This document shows positions 47,917 to 59,041 of a DNA stretch of 64,000 bases, in pieces. Position 1 is the stretch's first letter. Every line of letters starts with the position of its first letter. The stretch comes from Amoebophrya sp. A120 (Eukaryota > Protista > Dinoflagellata). The notes beneath the pieces are model-generated. The model did no database searches, was not told the DNA's origin, and saw nothing but the letters and a program-made list of their open reading frames with translations. Made by a program: the position numbers and the translations under genes. The DNA is taken from contig CAJINV010000001.1 of NCBI GenBank assembly GCA_905178155.1, forward strand, positions 12,697,136-12,761,135. Direction: 5' to 3'.

Positions 47917-48542
47917 TTTCGGTTGTTGGGTTCTTTGGATCTATTCAAGAAAAAAACGGCAAGCCACGACCTGAAAGTGCAGACACATATTGCAAAAATG
48001 CGGCACTTCTGGTACTCGCGAGTAGTAAAAAGGTTTTTCACGAACGTACGTATGTAAGCAATTGGTGGAAATTATATTACGATCGCACTAGTTTTACGTG
48101 ACAAGTACTTTACGTATTTTGTGTGGAAAACACGATCATGGGACCGAGAGATGGCCCTTTTGTTTACGAAACACGTTGACAGAAGGAGAAGCCGTTCTCC
48201 TCCTGTAAAATGTTGACGTTCAATTCAGAAGATGATAGACCGTGACGACCGACAAGGAAACATCTGCAGTGACCAGATGTTGCGACACGACAAGTGACAG
48301 ATACGCCTACGATTTCTACGACCACTTACACGATTGGTTGCATTGTGTCATGCCGCAGCACTACGATCTAATCTACACGACCTACGAAGAACGAAGTACT
48401 TACACCTACCTGGTTATACATCGGGGTGCTCGTCGTCGGCGAAACGAACACTTCATGTATTAGGTTTTGCAATAATTTTCATTTTGTCTATATGTATGAT
48501 GCTGCACTTGACTTCGAGTTCGAACGCGAGACGTGTACTGTT

Positions 48543-50363
48543 TCACATGAAGTCCAGCTTTTGCTTCCACCCTTCTACCTTTTTGACGGGATCGAATTCC
48601 GTGTATCTATCGGTCACTTTTTTCCGGCTTGCCAGACCCATCTTGGTTTCAAGATTCTGCACCACGAAATCGCTGTAGACGTTTCCCGCGCACTTTCCGG
48701 AGCAGAAATCGACATACTGCATTTCTCGCGCTTCCGTTTTGGTTGGGAGCTGTACTTTTTTCAGCATCGTCTGGCAGCTTTTCAAATCGATGCCCACCCC
48801 GTTCGCCGGCTTCTTACACCTCTCCCCGAAGGGAAGGAGGCAGGTCACTTCCAATTTCTGCCCTGGTGCCGAGATCGTGCTGCTGTACTTGCTTTTCTCT
48901 CGCGCTACGGGCAAACAGGGAAAAAACTCGGATTCCGGTTTGCGGCAGCGGACGTCTAGGGTCTGGCCGTTTTCTTGCACGGTGTCGGGCCGCAACGGCA
49001 TGTCCGCTAGAGAAGCAATCGCGGGCTGGTCCTGGCACCGGCACCGGACCTGCAGTTTCTCTTCGGGGCAATTCACCACGTCCAGACGGGTCGCTTGCAA
49101 GTTTCGGTAGACGACGTTTTTCTCATCTAGTGAATGCGCGTGGTTGCCGCGAACCTCCTGATTTTCCTTTTCCTTATACGGGAAGGCGTCGATAGGACGC
49201 CGGCATTTGGACGCACAGGGGTCAAAAATCCGCTGGTTCCCAACCCGCGCTCCGGCATAGGAGAGTTCTAGTTTCTTTGTCGACGTTGCACTATCCTTGC
49301 CCACGACGGAAGGCGACGGCACAGCGTCGGGTAGTTTCAGCGCACAGACAAACTTTCCGTCGCCCGTCGGGGCCGCCTCGGTCCTCGCCCGTTCCAGGAC
49401 CGATTCCTTGCTGTCGCAGGCGACCCACGGCGTCTGGCCCTCCGCCTGCATCCCGTTTTCCAGTGTTTGCTTCGCGTGGTTGCAGCGGGCGAGGAGTCGC
49501 TGCTCTTGATTCGCGGTACACGCGCACTTCATCTGCAACTCACCAGTGTCGCAATCGGCGACGAGTTTTCGCGCAATGTGGTCCGCCTGTTCTTGTTCCG
49601 TGCGCATGCTGCCATCCGGCTTGCGAAAGAGGTCGTCCAACTTCTTCGCAAGCGCGAGTTTTTGTTTTTTTGCGTGCTGCGCTTCCGTCTCAAGCCCCGG
49701 CTGGACCATCGCTGCGGCCTCCCGCGCCGCCGCTGTCTGGTTGCTGTCGTCTGTCTCTCGGGGGCCCGTGGCATCGGGCGGCGGCTTCTCGTCGTCGGGC
49801 GTCACTGTCAGGAGATCGGAGTTCTTCAGTTCTTCTTGTGTTTGATCCGATGTCGGATTGGGCGTGACTCCCTCCTGCTGATGATGTTCGCCTGGTGGAC
49901 TATGCGCAGCTGCATTTCCTTCTTCCGGGGGCTGAAGTTCCGGGAATTTCGGATCGCCTTGCTCACCCGCTGGGTCCTCGTCGAGGGGCGCCTGGTTCGG
50001 CCCATCGTCCTCGTTGGCGCTGTTGCTATCCGCGACCTGCAGGTCTTGCTCAGACAACCCGATGTCGTCGCTGTCGTCCCTCGAAGCCGTTAGCGCCGCA
50101 CCAGGATCTTGCACAACTACCGGGGTGTCGTCGAATGTTGATGACCCGGGGTCCGGTGCCGTTGATGCTGTCCCCGCTGGATCTTTTGGGTCCGCGAATG
50201 AAGTTCTGATGGTCGTGTGCGAAGGAAACAGATGACCGGAGATGAGCGGATGTAGTCTTCTCCACGACACTACTGCTGCAACATCTGAGAAGTGGTCGGA
50301 AACATTAACTGAGAAATGGTCGAGAAGCTGCAAAATTATAGTGCGCTCGAACATCACGTACAC
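48543..50363 (-). CDS. Hypothetical protein with an acidic region and two tandem Cys-rich repeats
   Basis: 606-aa ORF. The 5' part is probably intronic, with the true start upstream. Duplicated C-x4-LQ-x2-CxC...C-x2-KC units. Confidence 0.65.
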   Translation of the reverse strand: MYVMFERTIILQLLDHFSVNVSDHFSDVAAVVSWRRLHPLISGHLFPSHTTIRTSFADPKDPAGTASTAPDPGSSTFDDTPVVVQDPGAALTASRDDSDDIGLSEQDLQVADSNSANEDDGPNQAPLDEDPAGEQGDPKFPELQPPEEGNAAAHSPPGEHHQQEGVTPNPTSDQTQEELKNSDLLTVTPDDEKPPPDATGPRETDDSNQTAAAREAAAMVQPGLETEAQHAKKQKLALAKKLDDLFRKPDGSMRTEQEQADHIARKLVADCDTGELQMKCACTANQEQRLLARCNHAKQTLENGMQAEGQTPWVACDSKESVLERARTEAAPTGDGKFVCALKLPDAVPSPSVVGKDSATSTKKLELSYAGARVGNQRIFDPCASKCRRPIDAFPYKEKENQEVRGNHAHSLDEKNVVYRNLQATRLDVVNCPEEKLQVRCRCQDQPAIASLADMPLRPDTVQENGQTLDVRCRKPESEFFPCLPVAREKSKYSSTISAPGQKLEVTCLLPFGERCKKPANGVGIDLKSCQTMLKKVQLPTKTEAREMQYVDFCSGKCAGNVYSDFVVQNLETKMGLASRKKVTDRYTEFDPVKKVEGWKQKLDFM

Positions 50364-51041
50364 GTGAATGGAATACTCTTTGTGCTACTTAAAGAGCACC
50401 AAGGCTCCGAACTGACACGACTGACTGCATGTAGTTTAATCTGGAAGAGCTGTGAGTGTGACAAGACCGATGGCACATGATCAGCACCTGAAATAATGCT
50501 TTGCTTTTGAAGCAGGAAACGAGAACGATTTCAGTCTACGAAAGAGAAAGCCAACACACAACAGAAGTGGTCGAGTCGAGTGGACACTTCGATTGTGAAA
50601 CGAAAGGCGATCCTGTGACGAATGACGTATGGACATAACGACTGAATCGATGGACACGACAGTGTGGCTAAACTAATGCCAACATATCTGGATATTTGTT
50701 TGAACACTTCTGCAGCCCGTGCGCCTGGAGTTCAGTATCGGCAGCACTTGCGGACCAAGATAATGAGTTGACAGATGTCAACATAGCGCAAGGAGCGGCT
50801 TTTTTACAGCGTGAAATAGGGGACAGATTCGGGTTACTTAGGTTTTCAGCAGCCGGGATCGACGTACAATGCTCCGAGGACCCACAGAAAATGCGAAAGT
50901 CTACAGGGTACAACTGATGAATATCTATGTGCGGCGTGGGGTCAACATCAAACTAGAATACCAATACGAAATTGATTTGCACGAGGAGGAGGAGAGCTGC
51001 TCTAGTATAATTTCATCGCCAGATGATAATTATCAAATAAT

Positions 51042-52342
51042 TTACAGGTCTTTCAATGCCGGCCTTTTTGGGGGTCGCTTGATTTCGATGACCTTTTTTC
51101 TCTTCTCCCTAAACGTGCGGACCATCGGCGCTCGCGTGTTCGCGGCCCTTTGCAGCATCTCCCAGCCGTGCGCGGGGGGTGCGTGCGCGGGTCCGGAAAC
51201 CGAGTAGAGCCCCATGCCAATTGCCGAATCGATCCACCACTGACGGTCCGAGGCGTTGCGGTAGATGTAGCAGTCGTTTTCCGAGTTTTTGTACCAGGGG
51301 TCTTGGTTCCACTTGAGCCACATGGTTTTCGCGTCCCAGTTCTCGCTGCGACAGAAGATCGTGAAGGCCATGGGCACTGACGTGGGGTCCTGCGGGAGGT
51401 AGGTGCCGTTCACCTCCACGTGGCCGGCGTAGTTGACTTTTAGGTACAGAATTTTCTCGTTCCGGTAGACCTGCAGCCAATCGGCGTTCCTTTCCGCGTC
51501 CCGCAGCACCTCGAGCGCCGCGGCCGCGCCGTTGCGCTCGGCCTGCTGGGTCGGCGTGAACCCGGTTTTTCCTCGGTAGTTCATGTCCGCACCGGCGAGC
51601 AGCAGTGCGCGCACCCCGACGGGCAAGTTGTTGGCTGCCATTTTCTGCAGGGGCGTCATGCCGTTCGCATCTAGTGCCTCCACGTCCGCGCCATGGTCAC
51701 AGAGAAATTCCGCACTGTACTGCGTTACACGAGTCATCGCGGCCATGTGCAGCGGCTGGGCGCACCCGGTGCAGCGGTCGTTCACCAGGTCGGGGAAGCG
51801 GTGGAGAAAGGGCTTCAGCAGCCGCTCCGGGTCGGTCAACGCGATGATCACCGGCGGGTAGCCGCCGCCCGCGTACGCCGGCCGGCCCATAAACTCGATC
51901 ACCTCCCCCGTCTGCTCGTTGCGCTTCACCCGCCCACCGTATACCTCAGGGCCGTCCTGGCTAATCACCATCAGCGCGGACTTGTAGCTCGGAGAACCTG
52001 GTGGTGTGGGGATGATGAGTTCCAGTGTGTGTGTTGTACTAGAGCTAGCGTACCAAAATTTGAATTACTTTATCAAAGATCTTCTTGTAGTTGGGTGCAA
52101 ATTAGTAAAACATACAACTTACTCACGTTCAAATTTGCTATACCTTCCGGTGGAGGTGGTCCGTACATCTCCAGCATGAGTGGTCTGCTGGGCGCATAGG
52201 GATATGGGCTCTCGGTCTGGACCTTTTGTTTTCTCCTGGGCAGCGGGAATTTCCCGTCCAGTGCTTTTGTGACAGCCTCATCGCCAGACGCAGTAGCCGA
52301 CCCGAGAAAGGACGCACTTTCCAAATCGATGGACTCGCTCAT
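51042..52342 (-). CDS. Ankyrin-repeat protein (intron 51998-52143)
   Basis: Ankyrin motifs QPLHMAA, GADVEALDANGMTPLQKMA and LLLAGADMNYRGKTGFTP. A GT-AG intron joins the 52073..52342 ORF in frame. Confidence 0.85.
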
Positions 52343-52909
52343 CCTTTCGAAAAGGGAAAAATGTATAGTTGGAAATGAACTGTTGATAAAGTAGCAAATG
52401 TGAATTTCGTTTCTATCGAAACAAATTCCAAAAAATACGTGGTAGATGATGAAGAGTGGCGGTGGGTGGAGGGTAGCTGTTGATTTTGTCCAAGGGCACT
52501 TAATTAATACGATGATTTATTACTCAATGAAGCACATAGTTGGAAGGATAGCCGAGAAAGTACCACCAGTAGTGAACGAAGACGTTTTACGAATTGCTAG
52601 TTATCACGAAGAGGAACGAAACCGAAAGAACGAAGAATTCAACACGATTACAGTACGAGGAGCACAACCGATGTTTTTTTGCAGCGGTGTGCACAGAACG
52701 AAGACCGACAAGAATTATCTTGTGTTTCAAAAATTTGTTCAACTTTGACACTAGAGAACACGATTGCTCTTGCTCTGAGAAACAAGCAACGGCGCACAGG
52801 TTTATCATGCAGCAACAGCATCACCTGAAATACACAGAAGCGACGCACGGAAACGTGCTAAAGTGCAAGTTGCGGATATACGTATACAATGTTCACATGC
52901 GCTCATACA

Positions 52910-54688
52910 TCAGTACAGCACTTCCGCATTCTGGCCAACGTGAATCCATTCGTAGTCTACTTGTGAATCTTCACGAGAAGCTCCTTGCGTGTTTTGTCCT
53001 TCTCGTTCCACGAATTCTATGCCCATGTTGTTGCCCACATACAATGTTCCAGCGTTTTTCATCCGGTCCGCCTCGTAGCACAACTCGTAGTGCCGCGTGA
53101 AGTCCGGGTTGTAGGGTATGGTTTTATTGCGCCGTTTCTCATCGTGGAGTTCCATGCGGTGCTTGCCAAGATTGTCGCAGTCCTTGATAATCTCGCGGCT
53201 TTTCGACTGTGGGAAATCAAAGATTGGATCTATCTCTTCCCTGCACTGCTCCAGAGAAAGGTCCAGGGGAAATTTGGCTTGGGTTTGCCGATTCTCGAGC
53301 TGGCTTCGGAGGGAAGACTGCCTTGAGTTCGCGAAGGCGGTTCGGAAGACCGACAAAAAAGCACTGAAAAAGTTCGCAGGTGCACTACTATCGTGCTTGT
53401 ACTGCATTAGGTCCGCACAGGAGCGCTTGTGTTTCTGCTTCAACGCTTTGCTGAGGTCCGCTCCGTCATTTGCCGCTGTCGCAGGATTGTGCAGCGGTAC
53501 GGAACACCGGGAGCAGGGCTTCAACGCGTTGAGCTTGAGTTTACTGCCGGCCAAGTTGACGGTCGTCCAGGCGTCTTCGGAAAAAGAGTGGTCTGCATCA
53601 AAATTATCTGCTGAAGTAGAAGAACCTTCTTCACTGGTCAGGTTCTTCTCGTCACCGAGAACGACGTTAAACCGGTAGCGGCGGATAATTTCGTCACACG
53701 AGCGCGTCTTCTTTCCGCAGGTCGCCGCGATGCCCTGCACGGTCGCGAGGGAGGAAAGCAAAATCGGCATGCCGTCCGCGAAGCGCGGCGGTGGCATCCA
53801 CCGAGGCGGCTCCCACTTACGGGACGTGCGGCCGTCGCGCTCGTGAAATTTGACCAACCGTAACCCCGGTTGCTGGAGGTGCTTCTCAAGCCAATTTGCG
53901 ACTGCGTCGCCCTGATCAGTGCCACCGCAAATGGTATCCCACAAGAGCATTTTGTTTGACGCTGTTGAAAATGGGCTTGTTGCGCTGCCTTGTGTGTTGT
54001 CAGTTGACGTAGACATTTGTTCGCGAATAGCAACTGTGATCTTGCTAATCTCCGTTTCCCCGTCGGTATCGAAGAAGCGCAACGTTATTTCGCTTTTCGC
54101 GTAGTCTGGCAACGTCGGCTGGATCCGTAGTAGGAGCGGGTTCTCGCGCACAGTGAGGACTTCGGCTTGCGTGAGTGCTTGGTTTTCTGGGGAGCTCACG
54201 TCTTTCTCGCGGTGAAGCTCCGGCCGCATCACGCAGAATTCGCGATCAAACTCCAAACCCCGGGGGAAGACGCGCGCAGTCGCCACCTCGACGCCCGCAC
54301 AGCTCTTCACTGGGTAGACGCGAAGTGAGGCGACAAAGTGGGTTTTGCCTCCGTTGCGTCGTGTTGTACAGGTGTTGTTAGTCTTAGCTGCAGTGCTGTT
54401 AGTCGTGTTGCTCGTTTTATTCGTGCCGGAGGACAAAACGCTCAGACCGGAAGGGGGTTCCAACAGTGTGAGTTTTTTCAGTAGGAAAAGAAAAATACCC
54501 AGATACACACCCATGGCGACCACATGCGTCAAGCCGTAGAGAAGTGCGTGGTGCTCGTAGCTGAAGCCGAGGTCTCGCAACCGGTAGGTTGGTGAGCCGA
54601 AAAACGAGAAGAACCCCGCGAGACACACGCCCACTACTAGCCGTGTGCGCCCGGCTGCCTTCCGACTGCTTTTCGACGTCAATTCCAT
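52910..54688 (-). CDS. MOSC-domain (mARC-like) protein with N-terminal TM segments
   Basis: VASLRVYPVKSCAG, GLEFDREF, RFADGMPILL, RYRFNVVL, EDAW and KPCSRCSVP are MOSC_N/MOSC signatures. Confidence 0.88.
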   Translation of the reverse strand: MELTSKSSRKAAGRTRLVVGVCLAGFFSFFGSPTYRLRDLGFSYEHHALLYGLTHVVAMGVYLGIFLFLLKKLTLLEPPSGLSVLSSGTNKTSNTTNSTAAKTNNTCTTRRNGGKTHFVASLRVYPVKSCAGVEVATARVFPRGLEFDREFCVMRPELHREKDVSSPENQALTQAEVLTVRENPLLLRIQPTLPDYAKSEITLRFFDTDGETEISKITVAIREQMSTSTDNTQGSATSPFSTASNKMLLWDTICGGTDQGDAVANWLEKHLQQPGLRLVKFHERDGRTSRKWEPPRWMPPPRFADGMPILLSSLATVQGIAATCGKKTRSCDEIIRRYRFNVVLGDEKNLTSEEGSSTSADNFDADHSFSEDAWTTVNLAGSKLKLNALKPCSRCSVPLHNPATAANDGADLSKALKQKHKRSCADLMQYKHDSSAPANFFSAFLSVFRTAFANSRQSSLRSQLENRQTQAKFPLDLSLEQCREEIDPIFDFPQSKSREIIKDCDNLGKHRMELHDEKRRNKTIPYNPDFTRHYELCYEADRMKNAGTLYVGNNMGIEFVEREGQNTQGASREDSQVDYEWIHVGQNAEVLY

Positions 54689-55340
54689 GATTTCTTGGTG
54701 CCAATACTAAGTTTGGATCACCAGGATTAGCTCATAAGGAAAAATCAGATGAAGTTGATAGAGTATATTTCCCTCGTCGACAGAGGTCTTGTATGTGTTC
54801 TATGTGCCTACCGAGACTGTGAATACCATCGAGAGCACAACTTCAGTTTTGCGATGCACAAAATAAATTAGCAGGCTTATAAGTGGAGCAGCGGATGTGG
54901 CGCGTAAAACTACATTGGTGGATCAAGAGATGATGTGGGTGCAGATCTGTAGTAGATACGTACGAGATCTTCCTGCATCCTCAAAGTATGCACCTGTACG
55001 CTTCTTGTTGTTTTTTCGTGGATCGGTTCGTGATCCGTCAATCCTGTACTTCTTTCTGGTTCTGTGGTCGTTGAAACACATTTGTCTTCGCTTGAAGATA
55101 CGAGGCCGCTCCTTGTTTTGCGCTAGAAGTGGTGGCATGTCTGGAAATATGGATTTCAGTATTGCGCGAAACGGAAAGAAGAAACGGAACGTCTCGAGGT
55201 TTTGACACACTGTGCGACGACGATTATCATACACAACATTACGCAATTTGTTTCACCATCACAAGACGACCCACTGAACCCCTGCTGTGCGAGTAGGCTT
55301 TATTTTCGACGCCGCGACCGCGAGGCTGGTACACCAGTAC

Positions 55341-56244
55341 TCACAGAAGAGGGATGAGTTTCCCCTTCAACTGCGCGAACTCCTCCGCAGTCATCGCCCC
55401 CGTGTCCACCAAGCCCTTCGCCGTTGCCAGTCGTGCGGCGGGATCGTCCGCGGGAATGCGTAGCATGTAAAACTTGTGGTTTTCGCCGTACATCGCGCCT
55501 CCCTCGTCTCCCCCCGTGAGCGCCGCGCCGGGCCCGTGCCCCGCCCCGGCGACGGACTGTTTCTTGGCGGACGCGATTAGGCGCTGTGCCTCCATCGAAT
55601 CATGCACGAAAAATTGCGGCGGGTTCTCCGTACCGCCCAGCTTCAGGACGGGCATGCACAAGACCTCCCCGGGTTGCGCCGTGCCCGTGTTGGTGGCGAG
55701 GTCGAGCTCCCACTCGGCACCCCCGCAGCAGCAGCCGCAGCACGCGTTTCCCGCAGTGCCAGTGGGCAATGCCTGTGGATATAAAGAGATCGGAGGTTTA
55801 CGTTGATTGTTCACGCACGATCCGCTTGCGGAAGCGAAAACGAGAATGAAAACGAATTTTCAACGGTGCTACTCTTTCATCAAACAAAAACAAAATCGCA
55901 ATGAGACTCAGCCCTTCAACGAGAAAATTAGAAACCTTGTTCTGCCGAATTTGCACTTTGAAGATTAGGTCCTTCGTCAACACCACGAGGCCGCCGGTCA
56001 GGTTTGGTTTCATGCAGCACAGAATCACGTGGCCGACAGTGACGTGCGGCGCGATGGGGACCGCAAAGTACAGTTTGGCTAGATTGCACTGGAGCTTCCG
56101 GAAGCCGCCTGGCGTGAGCTTCCACCAGTAACGGAAATCCTTGCTCGAGATCTGCTTCATCTGCAGCGCGGCAGCGACCTCTGGCGTGATATCAGACCCG
56201 TGGTCCACATATTCACGTCCGATTTTCGTCGGCTGACACCCCAT
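55341..56244 (-). CDS. Putative acylated protein with a C-terminal SHOCT domain (intron 55773-55935)
   Basis: MGC N-terminus (myristoylation/palmitoylation-like). Phase-0 GT-AG intron. The C-terminus RLATAKGLVDTGAMTAEEFAQLKGKLI fits the SHOCT pattern. Confidence 0.75.
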
Positions 56245-56761
56245 AGTTGTTCCTCGTGGAACTACTTCTGATATTTACTGTTTCGAAACAAAAATGCCGA
56301 AAGCTCTGCAGTGACGAGAGAGTCGTCACATGTGTCCGCAACAAAGGACCACCAAAGAAATTGGATACGCCCACCAAGCTACTTGAGTACGAGAGTAGAT
56401 GCTTCCAATGGCAATAGCAACATGAAAGAGAGGAAAAATGATGTGTGTGTACGACGAGCTTCATGCCCGGTAAGGCGTACGTTCCAGAGGAGGGACACTC
56501 ATATTAGCTTTCTCTGCCTAAATTGAGCACTCTTTTGCTTGTGTTCGTGCTACAGAAATGCACAAGATTAATCCAGGTCTCAGACGTGTGATGTTCTTTT
56601 TTCTGCTTCAGAAATAAACACAAAAATATTTTCAAGGCGCATTTGTCTAGGCTCCATAGCCACCAGCACTCAAGTGGATGAGCTGCTGCATGAGTGTCTT
56701 TTACTAAACAGAGAGTTCGCTTTTCTTTTTTTTTGCTACACACTGAAAACAAAAGACGTTG

Positions 56762-58603
56762 TCAGAAAAGCGTTTCCCGTTCCCACGCTTCCACATCACA
56801 AGCTCCCGCGCAGCCGAAGTGCAGCACCTTTTTTCTCCTCATTCCCAAATGGGCGAAGAGCATGTTGTACGGGCCCGTTTTGTTGTGCGCGACCGCTTTG
56901 CCGCTGGTTGCGAAGGCCATCTCCAGGGTGTCGTCGCGTTCCACCACGATAGTTTTCACGTAGTCGAAGAGGTTCGGGTTTTTCCGAAACTCCTCCAGCA
57001 AACAGCCCTCGCAGTCCGCCATCACGAAGTCGATGGGTTCCGTGAGCATGCCTCGCAAAATCCACACGTCGGCCTCGACGGGGTTCAGCGAATGGTCAAC
57101 CACTTGGTAGTGCGCATTGCACAGCCGGCGGTTTCGCGTGAGGGCGTCGGCCTCTACGTCTAGCATCAAATTCTCCAGCCCCTCGTAGTCTGTGCGGTTC
57201 AGCGCCTCGGCGTTGGGCTGGATCACAATGTGGTTGCGCAGATCAATTTCCCGGTCGACGGGGGCGAGGTAGGTCTTCGGCGGGACAGAGTACTGCTTTT
57301 CGTACGTGACATGCTTAGGCTGGTTCACTATCCTCGTGTCCGTCGCGACGCCAAAACTCCGCGTGGACTGGAACTGCTTGGCAAGGCGTGAAGCGACTTC
57401 TTGTGAGCTCGTTTCAACGCGACGACCCGCCGGGTCTACTATAGTCGCTTTCTCCAGCTCTTTTAGCCTTCTGTTCCAGGTTTTCATGCCCTCCTGCAGC
57501 ACCACGCTGACGCTGCCCGAACCACCGCCGAACTCCAGAACGGACCGAACCCGGCCACTGCTCGCGTATTCCCAGGCCAGCTGCCGCTCCCCGTGCTCCT
57601 CCCACCCACTGCCGGAAATGGACCAATCGAAGCACTTAGGGACGTACTGCAACAGTTCCAGCGGAATGGCACGACAGCTGGTCGGCTTATCGTTCCGCGC
57701 CGTTGTAGTTCCATCGTCTTGCTCCGAGGGAAGATTTTTTACCTTTTTTCCGCTCGGCAGCTGCTTGGAAGAGGAAACAGGGTTGCCCTCGCTGTCCACG
57801 ATGGTTGCGGCGGAGGACTCGGGGGTCCAGTTGGTGTCGTTGCTGTACACCTCGTACACGCACCGGATCTGCTGCGCGGGCTCGCCCGTGTGCGGATCGG
57901 TGGTCCAGTGCTTCGTGCACTTGGCGTTCCGGAACTGCTCGCGGTCGCTCTCAAACAGCTGCTTCTCCGCCCGATCCGACTCCTCCCGGGAACATTCCAC
58001 AAGCGGCCGGACGGGAAGAGGATTTTTCGCGTTCTTCGCATTCTCGTTTGATGTTCCATCGTCCTCTTGCAGTTCTTCCGCCGCGATCGGACACTGGACC
58101 ACGGCCGTGCTCCTGGTCGCCGTGCCAGATGGTTCAACGCTGTCTAGTACTTTGCTCACGTCGCCCCCTGTCGTGGCCGCCGTTCCACTCCTGCTTCGCG
58201 GTCTTTGTCTCGTTTCGACATTTGCTGCTCGAACCTCTGGGTCTCGGTAGCCGCAGGCACGCAGGGTGTTGCTGGAGACGCAACTTTGATAAGTATCGTT
58301 TTGAAAAAAGCACGGGCCGAACTGGTTCTCAGGGTCTTCGTGGAACGCGAGATTGATGCGGTCGCTTTCGCTGTCTGTGGCGGGAATGCGCCCGTCAATC
58401 GTGACCCGGGAATTTTCGGGGAGATACCCTTCGTTCAGCACGGAATTTATGTTCCAGTAGTAAAACGGTCGGCGGTGGTTCACGTTTTCTTCATCTCCGG
58501 TATTTTTATCATCTGCTCGCACGACCACATGGAAAGAATCCTGATGGTCCGGGAGGTAAAAGAAAAAAAATGGCAACGCTGCCCGTTGCAATGAAGATCT
58601 CAT
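56762..58603 (-). CDS. Secreted protein with a C-terminal SAM-dependent methyltransferase (FkbM-like) domain
   Basis: VLEFGGGSGSVS (motif I) and IDFVMADCEGC...VKTIVVERD. Hydrophobic N-terminus. Confidence 0.65.
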   Translation of the reverse strand: MRSSLQRAALPFFFFYLPDHQDSFHVVVRADDKNTGDEENVNHRRPFYYWNINSVLNEGYLPENSRVTIDGRIPATDSESDRINLAFHEDPENQFGPCFFQNDTYQSCVSSNTLRACGYRDPEVRAANVETRQRPRSRSGTAATTGGDVSKVLDSVEPSGTATRSTAVVQCPIAAEELQEDDGTSNENAKNAKNPLPVRPLVECSREESDRAEKQLFESDREQFRNAKCTKHWTTDPHTGEPAQQIRCVYEVYSNDTNWTPESSAATIVDSEGNPVSSSKQLPSGKKVKNLPSEQDDGTTTARNDKPTSCRAIPLELLQYVPKCFDWSISGSGWEEHGERQLAWEYASSGRVRSVLEFGGGSGSVSVVLQEGMKTWNRRLKELEKATIVDPAGRRVETSSQEVASRLAKQFQSTRSFGVATDTRIVNQPKHVTYEKQYSVPPKTYLAPVDREIDLRNHIVIQPNAEALNRTDYEGLENLMLDVEADALTRNRRLCNAHYQVVDHSLNPVEADVWILRGMLTEPIDFVMADCEGCLLEEFRKNPNLFDYVKTIVVERDDTLEMAFATSGKAVAHNKTGPYNMLFAHLGMRRKKVLHFGCAGACDVEAWERETLF

Positions 58604-59041
58604 GATTGAACAATGTTCAAACGCTGGCCGCGGAGGGCCACGAGACTGGCTGGCGCTCTCCGCTATTGCGAATGTTTTTGTCAGCGGATTAAGGCATCCG
58701 CATGAGGATCAGCAACAATGCAAAACACGATAGAAGCAATTGACGAGCAGTACAGCAGGAAACCTCAGGATGATTTTAACCGATCATAGAAGAGAGCGAC
58801 TGTGATCCATGACACGTCGAACACTTGATGAATATCGGAATGTGAAGGAGTCACAGCTGCGTGAAACTTTCCCTTTTTGCGATTGTAACAGGAGGCCTCA
58901 GGCCTGCGCGCTGGAAAGTCGAAAGGGAAGAGAAAATCGTGATGTCGTTCGGAATTTCTATCTTGCGTGACGGTCGGTTCTTGCGCACACTTGCCGCAAA
59001 GAAAGAACTACTTAGGAAAATGAAAATTATCAAGTGAAAAA

